Below, piece by piece: positions 15,820-30,922 of a stretch of 64,000 bases of DNA. Where the stretch lies: the NCBI RefSeq assembly GCF_009914755.1, contig NC_060931.1; one strand, given 5' to 3'. Source of the DNA: the human T2T-CHM13v2.0 reference genome, Homo sapiens. Both the position numbers and the translations under genes were made by a program. The notes below the pieces were generated by a model. That model saw nothing but the letters and a program-made list of their open reading frames with translations. It ran no database searches and was not told where the DNA came from. Within the stretch, counting starts at the first letter, position 1; every line of letters starts with the position of its first letter.

Positions 15820-16012
15820 AATGAAGCAAGTGCTATGCCAAATAGTATACAATCATTTTCTCATTTTATTCTCAAAATAACTCTGTGAAATAGTTACTAT
15901 TATCATTATTTTACTGAATAAGCAGAAGCATAGAAAGTTTATACAGTATGCATACAGCCATGGAGTTAGTAAATGACTGGAACCATATTTCAAACTATGG
16001 CCATCTGTCCTC
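15820..16012 (-). mobile_element. MIR
   Basis: Antisense MIR core (ttctcaaaataactctgtgaaatagttactattatc...ttttactgaa). Confidence 0.6.
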
Positions 16013-16059
16013 AACTTACTATTAGAAGTTGTTGACAGCAGCACTGACTTCCTTCCTAA

Positions 16060-16330
16060 ATTCCAGCTCCAGTTGCCCACTTGGCATGACCTACTGAACA
16101 TGCCACAAATGCAGAATGTGCAAAACTAACTCACCATATTTCCCTCAAACTTGCTACTACTCTCACCTCAATAAATAACACCACTCTTCAACTCACTGGC
16201 AAAGTCAGGAATCTGGGATTCATCTTAGCTTTCCCTGTTTCTTCCCATTGCCCCAGCCACACTGCATAGCAGTCCCTGAAGTATACCTTTTTCCGCTCCT
16301 TTTGTGTATTGCTATTCCCTCTTCCCAGCC
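16060..16330 (+). mobile_element. L2 fragment
   Basis: L2-like caaagtcaggaatctgggattcatcttagctttcc. Confidence 0.5.
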
Positions 16331-16624
16331 ACCTTAGGAGGAGCCTTATTTATTTGAAAATGGAAGGTCCTTCTAAACTCCCTCTAGAAGTACAATGATT
16401 TCTTGGGACTAATGATTCATTAAAAAAGTTAACAATTTTCAAGCAGGGCTGCCATACAATTACCTGTACGCCAGACCAGCTAAAAACTCAAGGTTCAATG
16501 CCCCTGTTTACCCATAATTCTCTTATTCATGGAACTTGTAAATTTGACTGCCCCAGGGCTTCTTGACAGTCCCAAGTTGCTAATTAGCTCCATCTAAATC
16601 TAAATTCCCTTTCAGCACTTGTGA

Positions 16625-16933
<309 letters not shown>

Positions 16934-17364
16934 TAAAACACTATTTGCCCCCCTCAGCAGGTTGCGAGTTTGGCCTTTATCCTTAGGCCTCAAAACACAC
17001 TCAAACTGTGGGGCTATATCAGATAATTACACCCTATGCTATGAGCTAATGTTATATATTACCCTTCATCAGAGTTAGACAAGAGAACATTACACCACCA
17101 ACAAAGAATGATGGATTCAAGTTACCAAGTCTCCTAGTGGCTCAGAAATTTAACTGTCAGTGTTGCTTTATTTTGAAACAGTTGAGTCTGGGCTGGTTAG
17201 ACAAGTTGGTTAGAAAGGAAAATCCATCCATCCATAGTTGTGGGTTTGATCTCTGTGTGAATCAGCTAAGTCAATGTAAAGAAACCTTTTCCATAAGCCC
17301 AGACTTTACTTTCAAAAACACAGCGAATTATCCTGCAAATATGTGTGGTTACTCACAAAAAGTA

Positions 17365-17709
17365 CAGTCATGCATCACTTAAAGACAGGGTATGTTCTGA
17401 GAAGTACATCATTATGCAATGTCATCATTGTGTGAACATCACAGAGTGCACTTACACAAACCTAGATGGTATAACCTACTGCACACCTAGGGTATATGGC
17501 ATAGCCTATTGCTCCTAGATTACAAACATGTACAGCTTGTTACCGTTGAATACTACAGGCAACTATAAGACAATGGTAAGCATTTGTGTATCTAAATATA
17601 TGCAAACATAGAAAAGATACAGTAGAAATAGGGTAATGTAATCTCATGGAGCTACCATATTGTATGCAGCCTATTGTTGATGGAAACCTTGTTATGATGC
17701 ACATGACTG
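17365..17709 (+). mobile_element. Tigger3a-like (MER7A) TcMar non-autonomous DNA transposon, full length
   Basis: Terminal inverted repeats CAGTCATG...CATGACTG, TA target duplication both sides, 345 bp, body matches recalled Tigger3a. Confidence 0.88.
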
Positions 17710-17789
17710 TACTTACATAAACATGAGGATGACATTGCACATCACCAAGAAACAACTGGGGGCACTTGTCCTAAAGCTCAGTTGCTCAT

Positions 17790-17985
17790 GCTTGCTCTAG
17801 AGATAGACTGCCTTGATTCAATTTGTTGCAAGACCATTTATTAGTTGGGTGATGTAGCATGTAATTTATTCCATTGAGACTTAATTTTTACTAACCTGTA
17901 AATTGGTAATTATAATGACACTGGCTTTATTAAGAGTGTTGTGAAATTCCAAAGCAATAATCCATGTGAAGTGGATGGCATGAAG
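17790..17985 (+). mobile_element. MIR
   Basis: Degenerate MIR core (cctgtaaattggtaattataat...gttgtgaaattc). Confidence 0.5.
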
Positions 17986-18562
17986 TCCATAACACAAGGA
18001 CAGTAAACTAAAGTACTGGTAAATAATTTAATTGCAAAAATATGCATGTTTTTCACTTATTAAAGCACTCATTGAGATCTGGAATACATGACTCCTAATT
18101 AATACATCCTTTATTTCCATTATGCCAATTTGGTCCAGCTGAAACAATAAAGTCATTGTGCCAATGACTATACACTTTTAAGAAAATTATTAAAATATTC
18201 TTTACTTAGTGTCCACTATTATACATAACAGGTCAACTTTATTAGATAGGAAAATGAAATTATTTATATAATGCAATTCCACTGCAAGATCTTATGGAAA
18301 ATGAATTTTTACCAATAGCAACATACTATGTATATCTAGTTAAAAAGGAAAGTCAAGAGAATATAAAGACATACATGGAGCCCATAGAAAACAAACACTT
18401 TTAACATTTTACACTATTAATTTTGATCATCCTGCTAAAAACAACTTTTAATAGAAAAAACATTTTTAAACATTTTTATTTGGTAGATCAAGTATATGGT
18501 GAAAATGATAGTCCATAGAATGGCTAGGAACATGAGTTACTATATCGTTCATAAACTATTCA

Positions 18563-18698
18563 TTTTTTGTTTTGTTTTGTTTTAAAACAGGATCTTACTA
18601 TGCTGCTTAGGATAGATTTGAATTCCTTGGCTCAAGGGACCCTCTGACTTCATCCTCCTGAGTATTGGCATTACAGGCAGGCACCTCCATGCCTGGCC
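18563..18698 (-). mobile_element. FLAM (Alu monomer)
   Basis: Single antisense Alu arm with T-rich tail, ends gcctggcc. Confidence 0.8.
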
Positions 18699-18799
18699 AT
18701 ATATGTTTCAGTCCTTATATTCAAATCTGCCTGTTTTATGTCATAGGAATTAAGTAGTAATGTATTACAATAAATTATGCTTTTCATGCTTTTTCATTA

Positions 18800-18985
<186 letters not shown>

Positions 18986-19265
18986 TTATGCCACCTGTTT
19001 TCCAAGTAGATCAATCTTCAAAAATAAGAGCACAAATGAAAAAAGATTTATGAGAAATTCTAGACATCTGTTGTAGCAAACGAGGCAAGACAAATATAGA
19101 AACCATGGTATAAAGGAGTAGCTTTTTAGATTTTTGAAGTTATAAAACCATTGAACTAATCAGAATTAGGTTAATTAGAATGCAAGTCTATAGTGGTACT
19201 CAGTGAGCCCTAGAGAACGGATATAAACAGAATATGAATTAGACGTCCATATTTAAAATTTTCTC

Positions 19266-19395
19266 TTTTTTTTTTTAGAGATGACACCTCTCTATGTTGT
19301 CCAGACTGGCCTCAAACTCCTGGACTCAAGAGATCCTCCTTACTCAGCCTCCTGAGTAGCTAGGACTACAAGCACCCACCACCACACACACCTGG
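19266..19395 (-). mobile_element. FLAM (Alu monomer)
   Basis: Single antisense Alu arm with poly-T. Confidence 0.8.
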
Positions 19396-20483
19396 TATCC
19401 TTACTTTCTACAAGAAATACATAGAACACAGAATTTATCATGATCTGTTGTTACCACATAATTTATACCATATAGTTACTACTGTTTGCAATGTCATCTG
19501 TCTCAGCTACACTGAACAAAACACTGAACACAAACGTGCATCTCTACCTATGTATTCAATTCTTATTGACCAGATGCCCTACCACTTATTGCCATTTATT
19601 TTCCAGTGTTACAGAGCCTCTAAGAATCAGATTATTTCTTGATAATTTCCATAATCTCTGTTTTTTCTCATGGACTTTTTTTACACCAAGTCAAATTTTT
19701 GAAGAAATTTTTGTTTCTTTCTGTTCTGCATATGCTTATGCCTAAAAATATTTCTTTATGTCATCATTATCTTTAGAACTTAATTATTTCATATGCTTCA
19801 GATAGCAGTAAATAGTGGCTCTCTCTCTTTTTAGAGTATTTATTCTTGTTATTGTATATTATTTTCAACCTATCTCCTGCAAGTGATACTCTATCTTTAC
19901 ATAAATGTTACATGCAATTTCTTAACCGTGGCTTCATGATTCTTGGATCCAATGACACCTAAGTAAACACTGGGCTGGAGCAGACTTTTATTCTAGGTTG
20001 GCTTTACCCAGGAGACAGGCAAGTGTTGGGTTATTAAGGAAGTTGGTAACCTGAGAAACCACTGGATTGCATAGAAAAAGTCCAGTTTCTTTCTGCCCAA
20101 GTGGCCATAGGTTACTCACCAGTCAGGCATGGACCTAATGGTCCACTGTTGCTGTTGGGGTTCCTAGGAGGAATATATTAAAAAACAAACAAATAAATAA
20201 AAAACCCAACAATAGACAATAACCTAACTGGTAGGGTGGTTCTTAGAATGAAATAAAATTTTTTAAAAAGGCAGACAATGACTTAATGATAGGATTGTTA
20301 TGGCTGTTATGTAGATTAAGTGAAATAATATAAATTTAATATTTGTTTATTCCTTACCCTGATTTTGAGCTATACAAAATACTAATATCCTAGTGGTTGC
20401 TTTGATTTTAAAGTGAATAGCTATGTCTACAGATCTGAAGATCTGAGGTACAATGTTTCAACTGGCATATATATATATATATA

Positions 20484-20763
20484 TTTTTTTTTTCTTTGAG
20501 ACAGGCTGCTGGAGTAGTGGTGCGATCTTGGCTCACTGCAGCCTCCGCTTCCCAGGCCCAAGCAATTCTTTAGCCTCAGCCTCTTGAGTAGCTGGAACTA
20601 CAGGTGCAAGTCATCAACTCCCGGGTAATTTTCGTGTTTTTTTTGTAGAGACAGGGTCTCGCTTTGTTACCTAGTCTGGTCTTGAACTCCTGGCCTCAAG
20701 CAATCCTCTCTCCGTGGCCTTCCAAAGTGCTAGGATTACAGGCATGAGCCACCATGGCAGGCC
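20484..20763 (-). mobile_element. AluJ
   Basis: Antisense dimer with J diagnostics (cactgcagcctc, gtagagacagggtctc, ctcaagcaatcc). Confidence 0.9.
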
Positions 20764-22657
20764 GATACTAATAGTTTCGAACAAACAATTAAGACAAAGT
20801 AATATGAGAAAAGATAAGATAAAAGTATGAAAATGTACATGATCACCAGGTAAATTTTATTGATGACCTCATGGCTAGAGTAGGAGGTTTTATAATCCAG
20901 CCTTTGCGCACTCATGCTCACTTTTTGAAAAGATTTTTATTCCTTGGTTTTTCCTGCACAAAGACATTCGTACATAGGGGAGAGTATGCAGGGCAGGGAA
21001 GAGTAAAATCATATGGCTGGAGTGAGGGAGGACTGACTCACCACCAATTAGTTCACCATTTTTTCAAAAGCTCAGTTAGAATTTAGAAAGTAATTTTGCA
21101 AGATTCTGAAATAAATATTTGGATAAAGAAATATAACTCCCTTTCCAGATTTTAAATTATGGAGTCAAACAGATTAGAAGCTACCAGTGATGCAGCACTG
21201 TTTATAAAGACAAATATGGTCCAGGGCAACATTTTATACACAATGGGGATATAATTTTGGTGATTATTAAAAAAAAAAAAAACCTCTGAATCACACCTAT
21301 TTTATTTCCTTTCACTTTTCTAGGAGTATTTTATTAAAATGGTGCTAGTCCTAGAAAGTAGCCTAATATGCCAATTTCCTGACTTGACAAGGCATACCTC
21401 AGATTAATTTATGAAATTCCTCCCTTCTGTCTGATTGGGCTGACATGGAATAAAAAAAAAGTATGTGTGAATCTTGAATTATCTGACACAGTTTACAAAA
21501 ATGTCAGTTGTGCTCAGTCAAATTTTTCTGTAGGGAATTTGAGAGAGGATAGTTCTCTAAGCAGCCTAGAGGCAATAGAAAGGCCTTGGCTGCCTGGGCA
21601 AAAGAAATCTGTGAACAGAGATCGTAAAAGATAAGGTCTCCCACTTTAAATTTTACCTGAGGTTGACATTTAAGCCAAACAATACTTGTTGCAAAAAAAC
21701 TTTACAATGACTTCCCTTTCAACTCATAACTTCATTTTTTAAGTCTCAGAAATCCTATGTTGTTTTATTCTTACACACAAAGTTTCAAAGATTTGTTTAA
21801 ATAGCATGATCAATAATTAACTTGATTTAATTCACTTAGTGACCTGCAAGGCTATCAGTGGTAGTGTAATTCTGTGAGGCACGAAGAAAGATAACTTTGA
21901 GAAGCAGCCTTTGTAACTTTCCCTGAAAGCTAATTTGTCAGCTATTGCCCACAATGTTGATCATTGCATGTGACCAAACAATCCAGGGAGTAATGTATTC
22001 AACTTAGGACAAGTATTGAATTTCTCCTTCCTTCCTTTATTCCTCCTACCTACATGGCTTTCCGTAGGCCCTACCCTACCCCCACTGGAAGAGAAAGAAA
22101 AAGGGAAGAGGGGGAGAAGAAGAGAGAAAGAACCAAAGCAAATATCAACTTTTTAATTATCTTAAGTAATATTAGATGTTTCAATATTTCATCTCTCATA
22201 TATATTCATACATATATAAATAACTAAATAGACAAGTATAAAACTGAATTCATACTTGCAGAGAAAAAAAGCAAAAATATATTAGTCTATGCATTAACAC
22301 TTAGAATTTTAGTTTCTCCCCAGATACCTGGAAAGATAATAGCAAAATAGAAGTACTTGTAATTCTCAAGACATATGTAGGGTCCAATAAAATCCAAAAC
22401 AGCTTTATATCTATTCTGATAACTGACTTACAGTAGCTAATTTTAATTTATTTATGTTAAATATTAGAAGATACTAATGATTTTGGAATCTTAACTGGTT
22501 TTATTTTTAATGTGTGTTGCAGAATATTGTGATCATCAAACATTTTTTGACTTTTCACCTATCTCTGTCTCTGAGCTACATGTTAGGCTTGTCTAGAAGT
22601 TCTCGGACAGGATCCAGGATGCAGAGATCAGTTTAGGTCTTAAAATCTTTAAAATAG

Positions 22658-22978
<321 letters not shown>

Positions 22979-23299
22979 TTAATAGATTGTTAATACTTCA
23001 AAATAAAAATAGAAAAACTCATATATCACATTTATATCTTAAAAATGAGAGATCTAACAGTGAAGATTTCTACAGAGCAATAATCAGTTACGGTAAAAGT
23101 GCAAAAGAAAACATTTTAAAGAAAAAGATAGAAATGACTATTTAAATAAAGTGTATACATCAAATAAGGTAACTGATAAAGTGATAAAGAATATGTTTTT
23201 CACGAGTGGAACACAAGGTATTATACTGTATGTATACTCTATACATATTTATGTTATACAAATATGTCTACCTATACGTGTGTGTGTATATATATTATA

Positions 23300-24110
23300 T
23301 ATGTTTTATAAGTCTGTAAATAATCAGCACGAAAAAGGCAAACAGGAAAATTAAAAAAATATGGGCCGCAGGGATATGCTATTTAAAAATTATATTTTGC
23401 AATCATATAAGATGTTTAGTGTTGAGAGTAATGAAAAAATTTCAAGCTAAAACAGCAAAAATAATTTTCTTTTTATTGGCAAAGAATAAATATACATATT
23501 TTATTCATTCATATGCATTTGTATTAAGCATTAAATGTATGTTGTATTCAATATTAACAATGGTATAATAGGTAAATACACCCTCCCTTGATCACATACT
23601 GCTGGTAAGAGCATATGAGGCATAAACTTTCTGGAGGGCAATTTGGCAATATGTTTATAAAAATTTTTATGTCCTTAACTAGTAAAAGTCTACTCAATAA
23701 TCAAAGATATTCACAATATTTACATAAAATTTTTTCATGTACAGTGTCATTTTCAATAGTAAAACTGGATATGTACCAAACTTCTAACAATAGGGGATTG
23801 ATTAAATAATACATAAAGAAATGCAGTGTAACTATTAAAAGTAGTGTTAAAGAATTTAATGACATGGGAAAATGCTCATGGCAGTCTGTGAAGTAAAAAA
23901 AAATAAGTGTTTTAAGTGACTATGTATACAATGATTTCATACTGAAAATTAGTAAATAGATAAGATAGAAAAATAAACATCAAAATGTCACCAGTTATCT
24001 CTGGTTAGTGTTCATGGGGGAGAGGTATTTATAAATGACTTGTTTTTCTTTTTTTGCTTGTATATAATTTGCAAACTTTCTACAATGAACATTCTATTTT
24101 AGTTTTAGAC
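23300..24110 (+). mobile_element. Ancient L1ME-like 3' end
   Basis: aaactttctggagggcaatttggcaata and cagttatctctgg...ttctacaatgaacat are typical L1ME 3' motifs. Confidence 0.65.
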
Positions 24111-24117
24111 TTTCTTG

Positions 24118-24220
24118 AGAGAAAAAAAGGAAGAAAAAAAGAAAGTGAGAGGAAGGAAGGAAAGAAGGAAGGAGGGAAGGAAGGAAAGAAGGAAGGGAAC
24201 GGAAGGAAGGAAGGAAGGAT
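24118..24220. repeat. (GGAA)n/GA-rich tract
   Basis: Read directly. Confidence 0.9.
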
Positions 24221-24879
24221 ATAATAAAAAAACTGAAGTTCCGGAGGACGCTTTAACTTTGTGTAATGTCTGTGTGGACAGGCTGTGCCCCTCTGTGGTT
24301 GAGCTGACAAACAGAGCCCAGGCTACCCTCACCCTGTGGTTTCTTTTGCTTGGAGTAAGCTGTTTAACCCACAATTATATAGTCAGAACTAAAGACATTT
24401 CTTTAGTTACTTTCTTTTGAATAACTTTCCTCTAAATAGAAGCAAAATACTACCAAATATCTTTCTGTCATCTCTACCCTTCTTTGGATTAAACTGGGGA
24501 CTATGTTCAACAAAGTGGAATAGTTCCCTTTTGTTTCCTCATCTTCTACTATCCCCACCCCAATTAGCTAACTTTCATTAGGGTAAATAATTCACTGTTT
24601 TGCAGTTACATAGTACCTTTGTGTAAAGGGACAGTCTTTCCAAACAGTTGTTAATCCTAAACACACTCTTGGGAAGTAGGTAAAAATTACTAGAGAGGAA
24701 GAAGGAGAAAGGGTAATGCCAAACGTAATAAAAGATGTCAATAAAACCACAGAGCTGTCTCAGTTTTCTGTCCGCCAAAATCTATGTAATGCTGTTAAAA
24801 ATGAGGATCTATGTTCTGGTGATATTATAGAAAGAAATAACTTGAAGGATATAGTTTTTGGATCTTATATGGATATTTT

Positions 24880-25134
24880 ATAATGTTATGTAAGAGCACA
24901 GACCTTGGAGCAAGCTTTTTGGATTCAATCCCCGGCTTTACTATTTACCAGATGCATGATATTGGGCAAGCCATTTAAGATTTTTTGCTTTAGTTTTCTC
25001 ATCCAGAAAATAGAAAATAATAATAAAATCTAGCATATAGTGTTGTCATAAGGATTAAATGAGGTTATACATGTAAATCATTGAAAACAGTTCCTTGAAC
25101 ATGGTAACTGCTACAAAAATGTTAGCTATTATTA
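24880..25134 (+). mobile_element. MIR, near full length
   Basis: tRNA-derived head, core (tagttttctcatccagaaaat) and tail gttagctattatta. Confidence 0.8.
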
Positions 25135-27360
25135 GAAGCTCTAAAATGAAACATTATTTTAAACGAACAAGTTAAAATGAGGCAAAAATTAAAAATTATC
25201 ACTACATGATTCAACATCAAACTACAGACTTCAGCAAAAAGCAAAAAGCTCCTCATATATTTAATCCTGGGTTAGCAGCAAATGTGTTTAAAGGTTAGAG
25301 GTGGTTACTAGCTCACAATTATGACTGAATTGGAATAATATGTTCTATATACAGAATCCTACATGGTCAAGGATATCACCTCCAGAAAAGTTTATCACCA
25401 TTTGCTTTAACTTAATAAGAGGGGCAATTAAGTTACTATGTAACTGGAATTAGTGAACATACCCAAGTGAGAGCACTGTCAGAATTTAAACCTTCACTGA
25501 TTGTTTGACCTTGACTGTTTATCCCTGATCTGCTCCATGGGAAAACCATTTTACTGGAGTAAATTGAAAACATCCTTTTCCTTCTTGCCTCCTTATCGTA
25601 TACTCAATACTGGTGAAACACAAATACAAAAATGTTCATGCTGGTTATGCCATGCTTATACTGTCCATTAAATGACATAATTTGAAAAACTCTCATAACC
25701 AAAGCATTTCATTCTCTGTGAGTGTTCAGTAAAGTATCGGTGCTTTTGCAGACCTTGGTACCTGTTTGGTGTTGGACTATTGAACTGGATGAAGATACCA
25801 AAGCCGTGGGAGGAGAAGAATACATTACAGAATAGTTTAATTCCTTTCATTTCTAGTGACCGAAATGTAAAAACTGTTTCCCACTGCATTTTATGTTAAC
25901 ACTCCCTGATATATTTCCGCTAATATAAATATGCCTGAAAGGATGACATTTAATTATGTTAATAACTGAATATAAAATCAGGGGTCACTACAAGTTTGTT
26001 TTGTTTCATTTCAACTATTTTGCTTTGTATTTACTATGTAGAAGTCATCATTTGAGCAGTATCTGTATCCCCCATTAGATTGAAAGCTCCATAAGGACAG
26101 ATATGATGAGTTTCATATACATATTTAGGATCTCTAAAAATATTTTTTGAATAAATGAATAACAAATGAGTGAACTAACCTGTTGTCTGAGATTATTAGC
26201 CTTCTGAGCGTCCCCTCACAACCTTAGGCATTATATGTCATATTTTATTTCTATCACATTGATAGAGGATTCTTTAATCTATTCATCCTTTCATATAACA
26301 AAGACTATTTGTTATTATTAAATATGATGGCATAACTGAGCTTAATACCCCCGCATTATTGTGGTTAGAGGTACGATTAAAGGATGGTGCAAAAGAAGCC
26401 TCAAGATGTCTATGTTTCTGCCCCAGGTTACAACCTGTTTTCATCTTGGGTTACAATTTGAATGTGATTTATTTTGCCAAAAAAAGGAGCAATTCTCCCC
26501 ATTACCATAATGCAAGAAGTCAGGACAGAAGACAGAATATCTGTCCTGAATCAGAGCACTCGGATGAGGAGAGGAGCCAGTCAGAGCCATAGCCCTCATT
26601 GCTGGAGATAAATCAGGTTACATGATTAGAGGGAGCATGCAGGACAACTTGGACAGTGCAGAAATCAAGACAGATAGGACCATACCAGAGACAAAAAGTC
26701 ATACCTAAGTGTTTTCTCTGCTCTTCAAGGCAGCTTAAACTAAAAGTTTCATTAGTACCCTCTATTTGTCTTTTATGAGTTATTTTATATAATCATTATT
26801 ACTAATACATAAATTTCAGAGGAAGTAGTTACTAGTTCTTACGCCAGAATGCTGTCATTCATTATTAACTAATTCTTATTGTTCTTTCCATTATGTCACC
26901 ACATAAAGGAATTCTTATAGATATTTTAAGTTTAATTTGAACTCAGTTGAAATTATGTATCAATTCTGTTTGTGATGCTAAAATAACTGAAGGTTTTGTG
27001 TACACTTACAAAAACATGTATGCATAAATGAAAAATACATGTTCCTAGAACTACAATCTTTTGGATGGTTTATTTTTGAATACTTTAATGTGTTTCTAAT
27101 CTTTTTTGTGACAAAAATAATATTCAGAATTAATACATTAGAAAGTAGAGTGTTTCTACATTTCTTAAATTTTATAAATAATATCATGGCTTTTGGTAAG
27201 ATAGAGATATTTTATTCCACATTAATATTCACATAGAATATGTTAGTTTAGTCTGAAAAATAATACACTAATACCATTAATTCAGTAAAGCCCAATATAA
27301 ATATTTGCTATCATATCAGTAGAAGTTTTACAAAGATAATTGTTACAGTTTCATACTTAC

Positions 27361-27423
27361 ATTGGCATCTTTCCCAGCTAATTTACATAATTCCACCCGT
27401 TCCTTTGCAGCAGGCCAATAAAT
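27361..27423 (-). CDS. SEMA3D: SEMA3D coding exon (63 nt, phase 0 to 0): [21 protein letters not shown]
   Basis: Manual reverse-complement translation; acceptor ttttgcag|ATT, donor AAT|gtaagt; in frame with neighbours. Too short for the ORF track. Confidence 0.97.
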
Positions 27424-27924
27424 CTGCAAAACATTTCAAAGTATGTTACAACCTGAATATCTGAAACACCCTAACACTCTGCAATTCTGCTCAGAGAGTG
27501 AATGTGTGAAATTGAAGAATGAGTATTAAGCATGTTGTTAGAGTCAATGTGGGAAATTTGAGATTTAAATATTTCCCAAAGCCACCCTGAAAGTTTCTAA
27601 AAGAAAAGTGTCTAGTACTATCCATTTTTGTGAATCTTCTGGTCTCTATTTTAATGTCTGTAACAGTAGATACATTATGTTCAGAGGTCCATAAGCTTTA
27701 TCATGATGTCAACAGAATTTCACATGAGCATTTGCCTAAATAAGAGGCTGTATGTACCATGTTTTTCTGTGTTTACTCAGAGTAGTAGTACATTATAAAC
27801 ATGTGCCATGAAGTGTTAGAAACAACTCTCTGTCAGAGCATAACTTCTTTCTCCAAGCCAAGGACCAGTGTGAATTTGTTGACAATATTTAACATGCTTG
27901 GAGCTCAGATGCATCTGCCACTTA

Positions 27925-28125
27925 GCTAAATGTTTTATAAGCATTCTCTTACTTAAATTTCACAATGACCCTCTGAGATGGCTGTACTTATTCTTCCCAT
28001 TTTGAGATCAGAAAACTTAGTCACATAGCCTTTAAATAACGTGTTGAGGACCACAAAACTTATGGCAGAGCCACAGTCTGACTCAAAGTCCATCTGACTC
28101 TTGAACTGGGGGGGTCTCAACCATT
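27925..28125 (-). mobile_element. MIR
   Basis: Antisense core (cacaatgaccctctgagatg...cccattttgagatcagaaaact). Confidence 0.65.
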
Positions 28126-29406
28126 ACATAAGTCAAGGGCTCCAAACTCATTGGTTGATAGCTTTCAATTATGCTTCACGATCTTGAGTTCAAGGCTTTT
28201 TTCTTTCTTTTAAATTCTGTCAGGAAGTTTTTGTAGGAATTCTGTAAGAAAGTTTTTGCAAAATAAATTTTAAGCAGTTATGTAACTCCATTAGCTTACA
28301 GAAAGAAATGCTCTCTGTTAAGCTATAAGCAAGAAGGAACAAGAAAAGCAAGCTCTAAAATACTTATAATATATGCTCCAGGAGTTCCCGATAGACTTTT
28401 ATTATGTTTCTCACCAATGGTAGCAGAAAATATTTTAATAGGTGACAAAAAAAGAAAATATCCTGAGGGAATACACTGAAAGAGACTTGTTAAACCTGGA
28501 ATTAACAAAGGATTTAGAAGTCATCAATGTTTATATGATATTATCTTTGTGGTGAAATTTTAGGGTTTTATGTCTCTAAATAAAGAACACAGTATAGCAT
28601 TCAAAATAGACAAATACAATGAAATTATTGAGATTTTAAACCGGAGCAAGATTGTTTACTTAGAGAAGATCTTAACATTCACAAATTACAATCCAGATAT
28701 GTATATAGGCAGGTGGTGGAGGCAGCAGAGGCTCAAGTGATGAGCTAACCTTGATAAGGTACACAATGCCGACTAGAAAATGCTATTTATTCAGAAATGG
28801 TTTGAATCACTGTAGTTCTACTATCACACAACTTTAAATAGTAGCCAGCAGTCAAATATCAGTGAGCTGCAGCAATGAAAAGCAATATGAATGGAAATTA
28901 GCAACTCATTATTAGGTCTAAAAAGAATATCTCCTCAAATTGCAAACCGCACATCTTGCTTTAGAATAAAGTTAAAAGCAACTAAAATAAAATGGTTACA
29001 TTTCAGGTGTATAGGTGGGTGGATTTAGAAAAATGGCCAGCCAAAATGGGAAACGAGGGGAAGGATGACTTGGAGGTAAGAAACAGGTTATTTACCAGAT
29101 TCTAGCATTTGTGCTTGAGGGTGCATTTTTCACGTGTTTAACAACATAATTAAGAAAAAGAGAATAATGTAAGTTAGTAAATAGATTAACTAAAGTGGGC
29201 AATGCATGGACCAATGGACAATGGTTAGTCATAAACCCAGAATCGTGAAGCCATAACTCAATAATCCAGATGGAACACTGCAGCTGGCCCAAAATTGGAA
29301 CGTTTCTTCAAATGTTGTTTGTTTGTTATTTTTGTTCTGGTTGTTCCTTTGTTATTCATCATTGCTGGCAAAAATACTGGACTGAGTGCTTCTTAAAAAT
29401 TGCATC

Positions 29407-30034
<628 letters not shown>

Positions 30035-30099
30035 TTAGATATGAGCTTATGAACTCTCAAGGTATCCTCTCACTTTTTCCCCCCTCCACTGGTCCAATT

Positions 30100-30255
30100 T
30101 TATTATTATTTTTAATTTTGGTTAAAAACGCATAACATAAAATTTACCATTTTAACAATTTTCAGTGTAGAATTCAGTAATGTTAAGTATATTTACATTG
30201 TTGTGCAGCCAATCTCTAGAACTTTTTCATCTTGCAAAAGTGAAATGCTGTACTT
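30100..30255 (-). mobile_element. L1M (L1MB-like) 3' end
   Basis: cataacataaaatttaccattttaac...tacattgttgtgcagcc antisense L1MB terminus. Confidence 0.7.
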
Positions 30256-30437
30256 GCTGGTTCTTCAATAATACAGTGATTTTACAAAGGACAACTTTAT
30301 ATCATTGGACTGAAAATAGTACACAGAATACTTTTCCATAACCTGTCAATTGATTTAATATTTTTAATGCACTCAAAATATATTTATTGATGCAGACCTT
30401 GTGCCTAGGAAAGGTTTTTTTTTTCAATAATATTTTC

Positions 30438-30922
30438 TTTTTTTTTCCTTTCTTTTTAACTTTTACTTTTAAGTTCAGAGGTACAAGTGCAGGTTTGTTA
30501 CACAGGTAAACTTGTGTCATGAGGCTTTCTTGTAAAGATTGTTTCTTCACCCAGGTATTAAGCCTAGTACACGTTAGTTATTTTTTCTGATTCTCTCCCA
30601 CCTTCCACCCTCCACACTCCAAAATGTCCCACCGTGTGTTGTTCCCCTCTCTATATATCCATGTATTCTCATCAGTTAGCTCCTACTTATAAGTGATGAG
30701 AACACATGGACACATAGAAGTCCATTTTGTAAGTATTTGGCTTTCTGTTCCTGTGTTAGTTTGCTAAGGGTAATGGCCTCCAACTCCATTCATGTTTCTG
30801 CAAAGGACATGGTCTGTTTCTTTTTTTTATGGCTGGGTAGTATTCCATAGTGTACATGTACCACATTTTCTTTATCCAGTCTACCACTGATGGGCGTTTA
30901 GGTTGATTCCATGTCTTTGCTA
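30438..30922 (-). mobile_element. Older primate L1PA 3' UTR fragment
   Basis: T-rich tail then gtgcaggtttgttacacaggtaaac...gtaccacattttctttatccagtct; possible TSD TAATATTT(T)CTT. Confidence 0.88.

Noticed and set aside
19960-20165. GC-richer stretch possibly an old LTR
   Set aside because: Could not assign a family or boundaries by eye; left unannotated.
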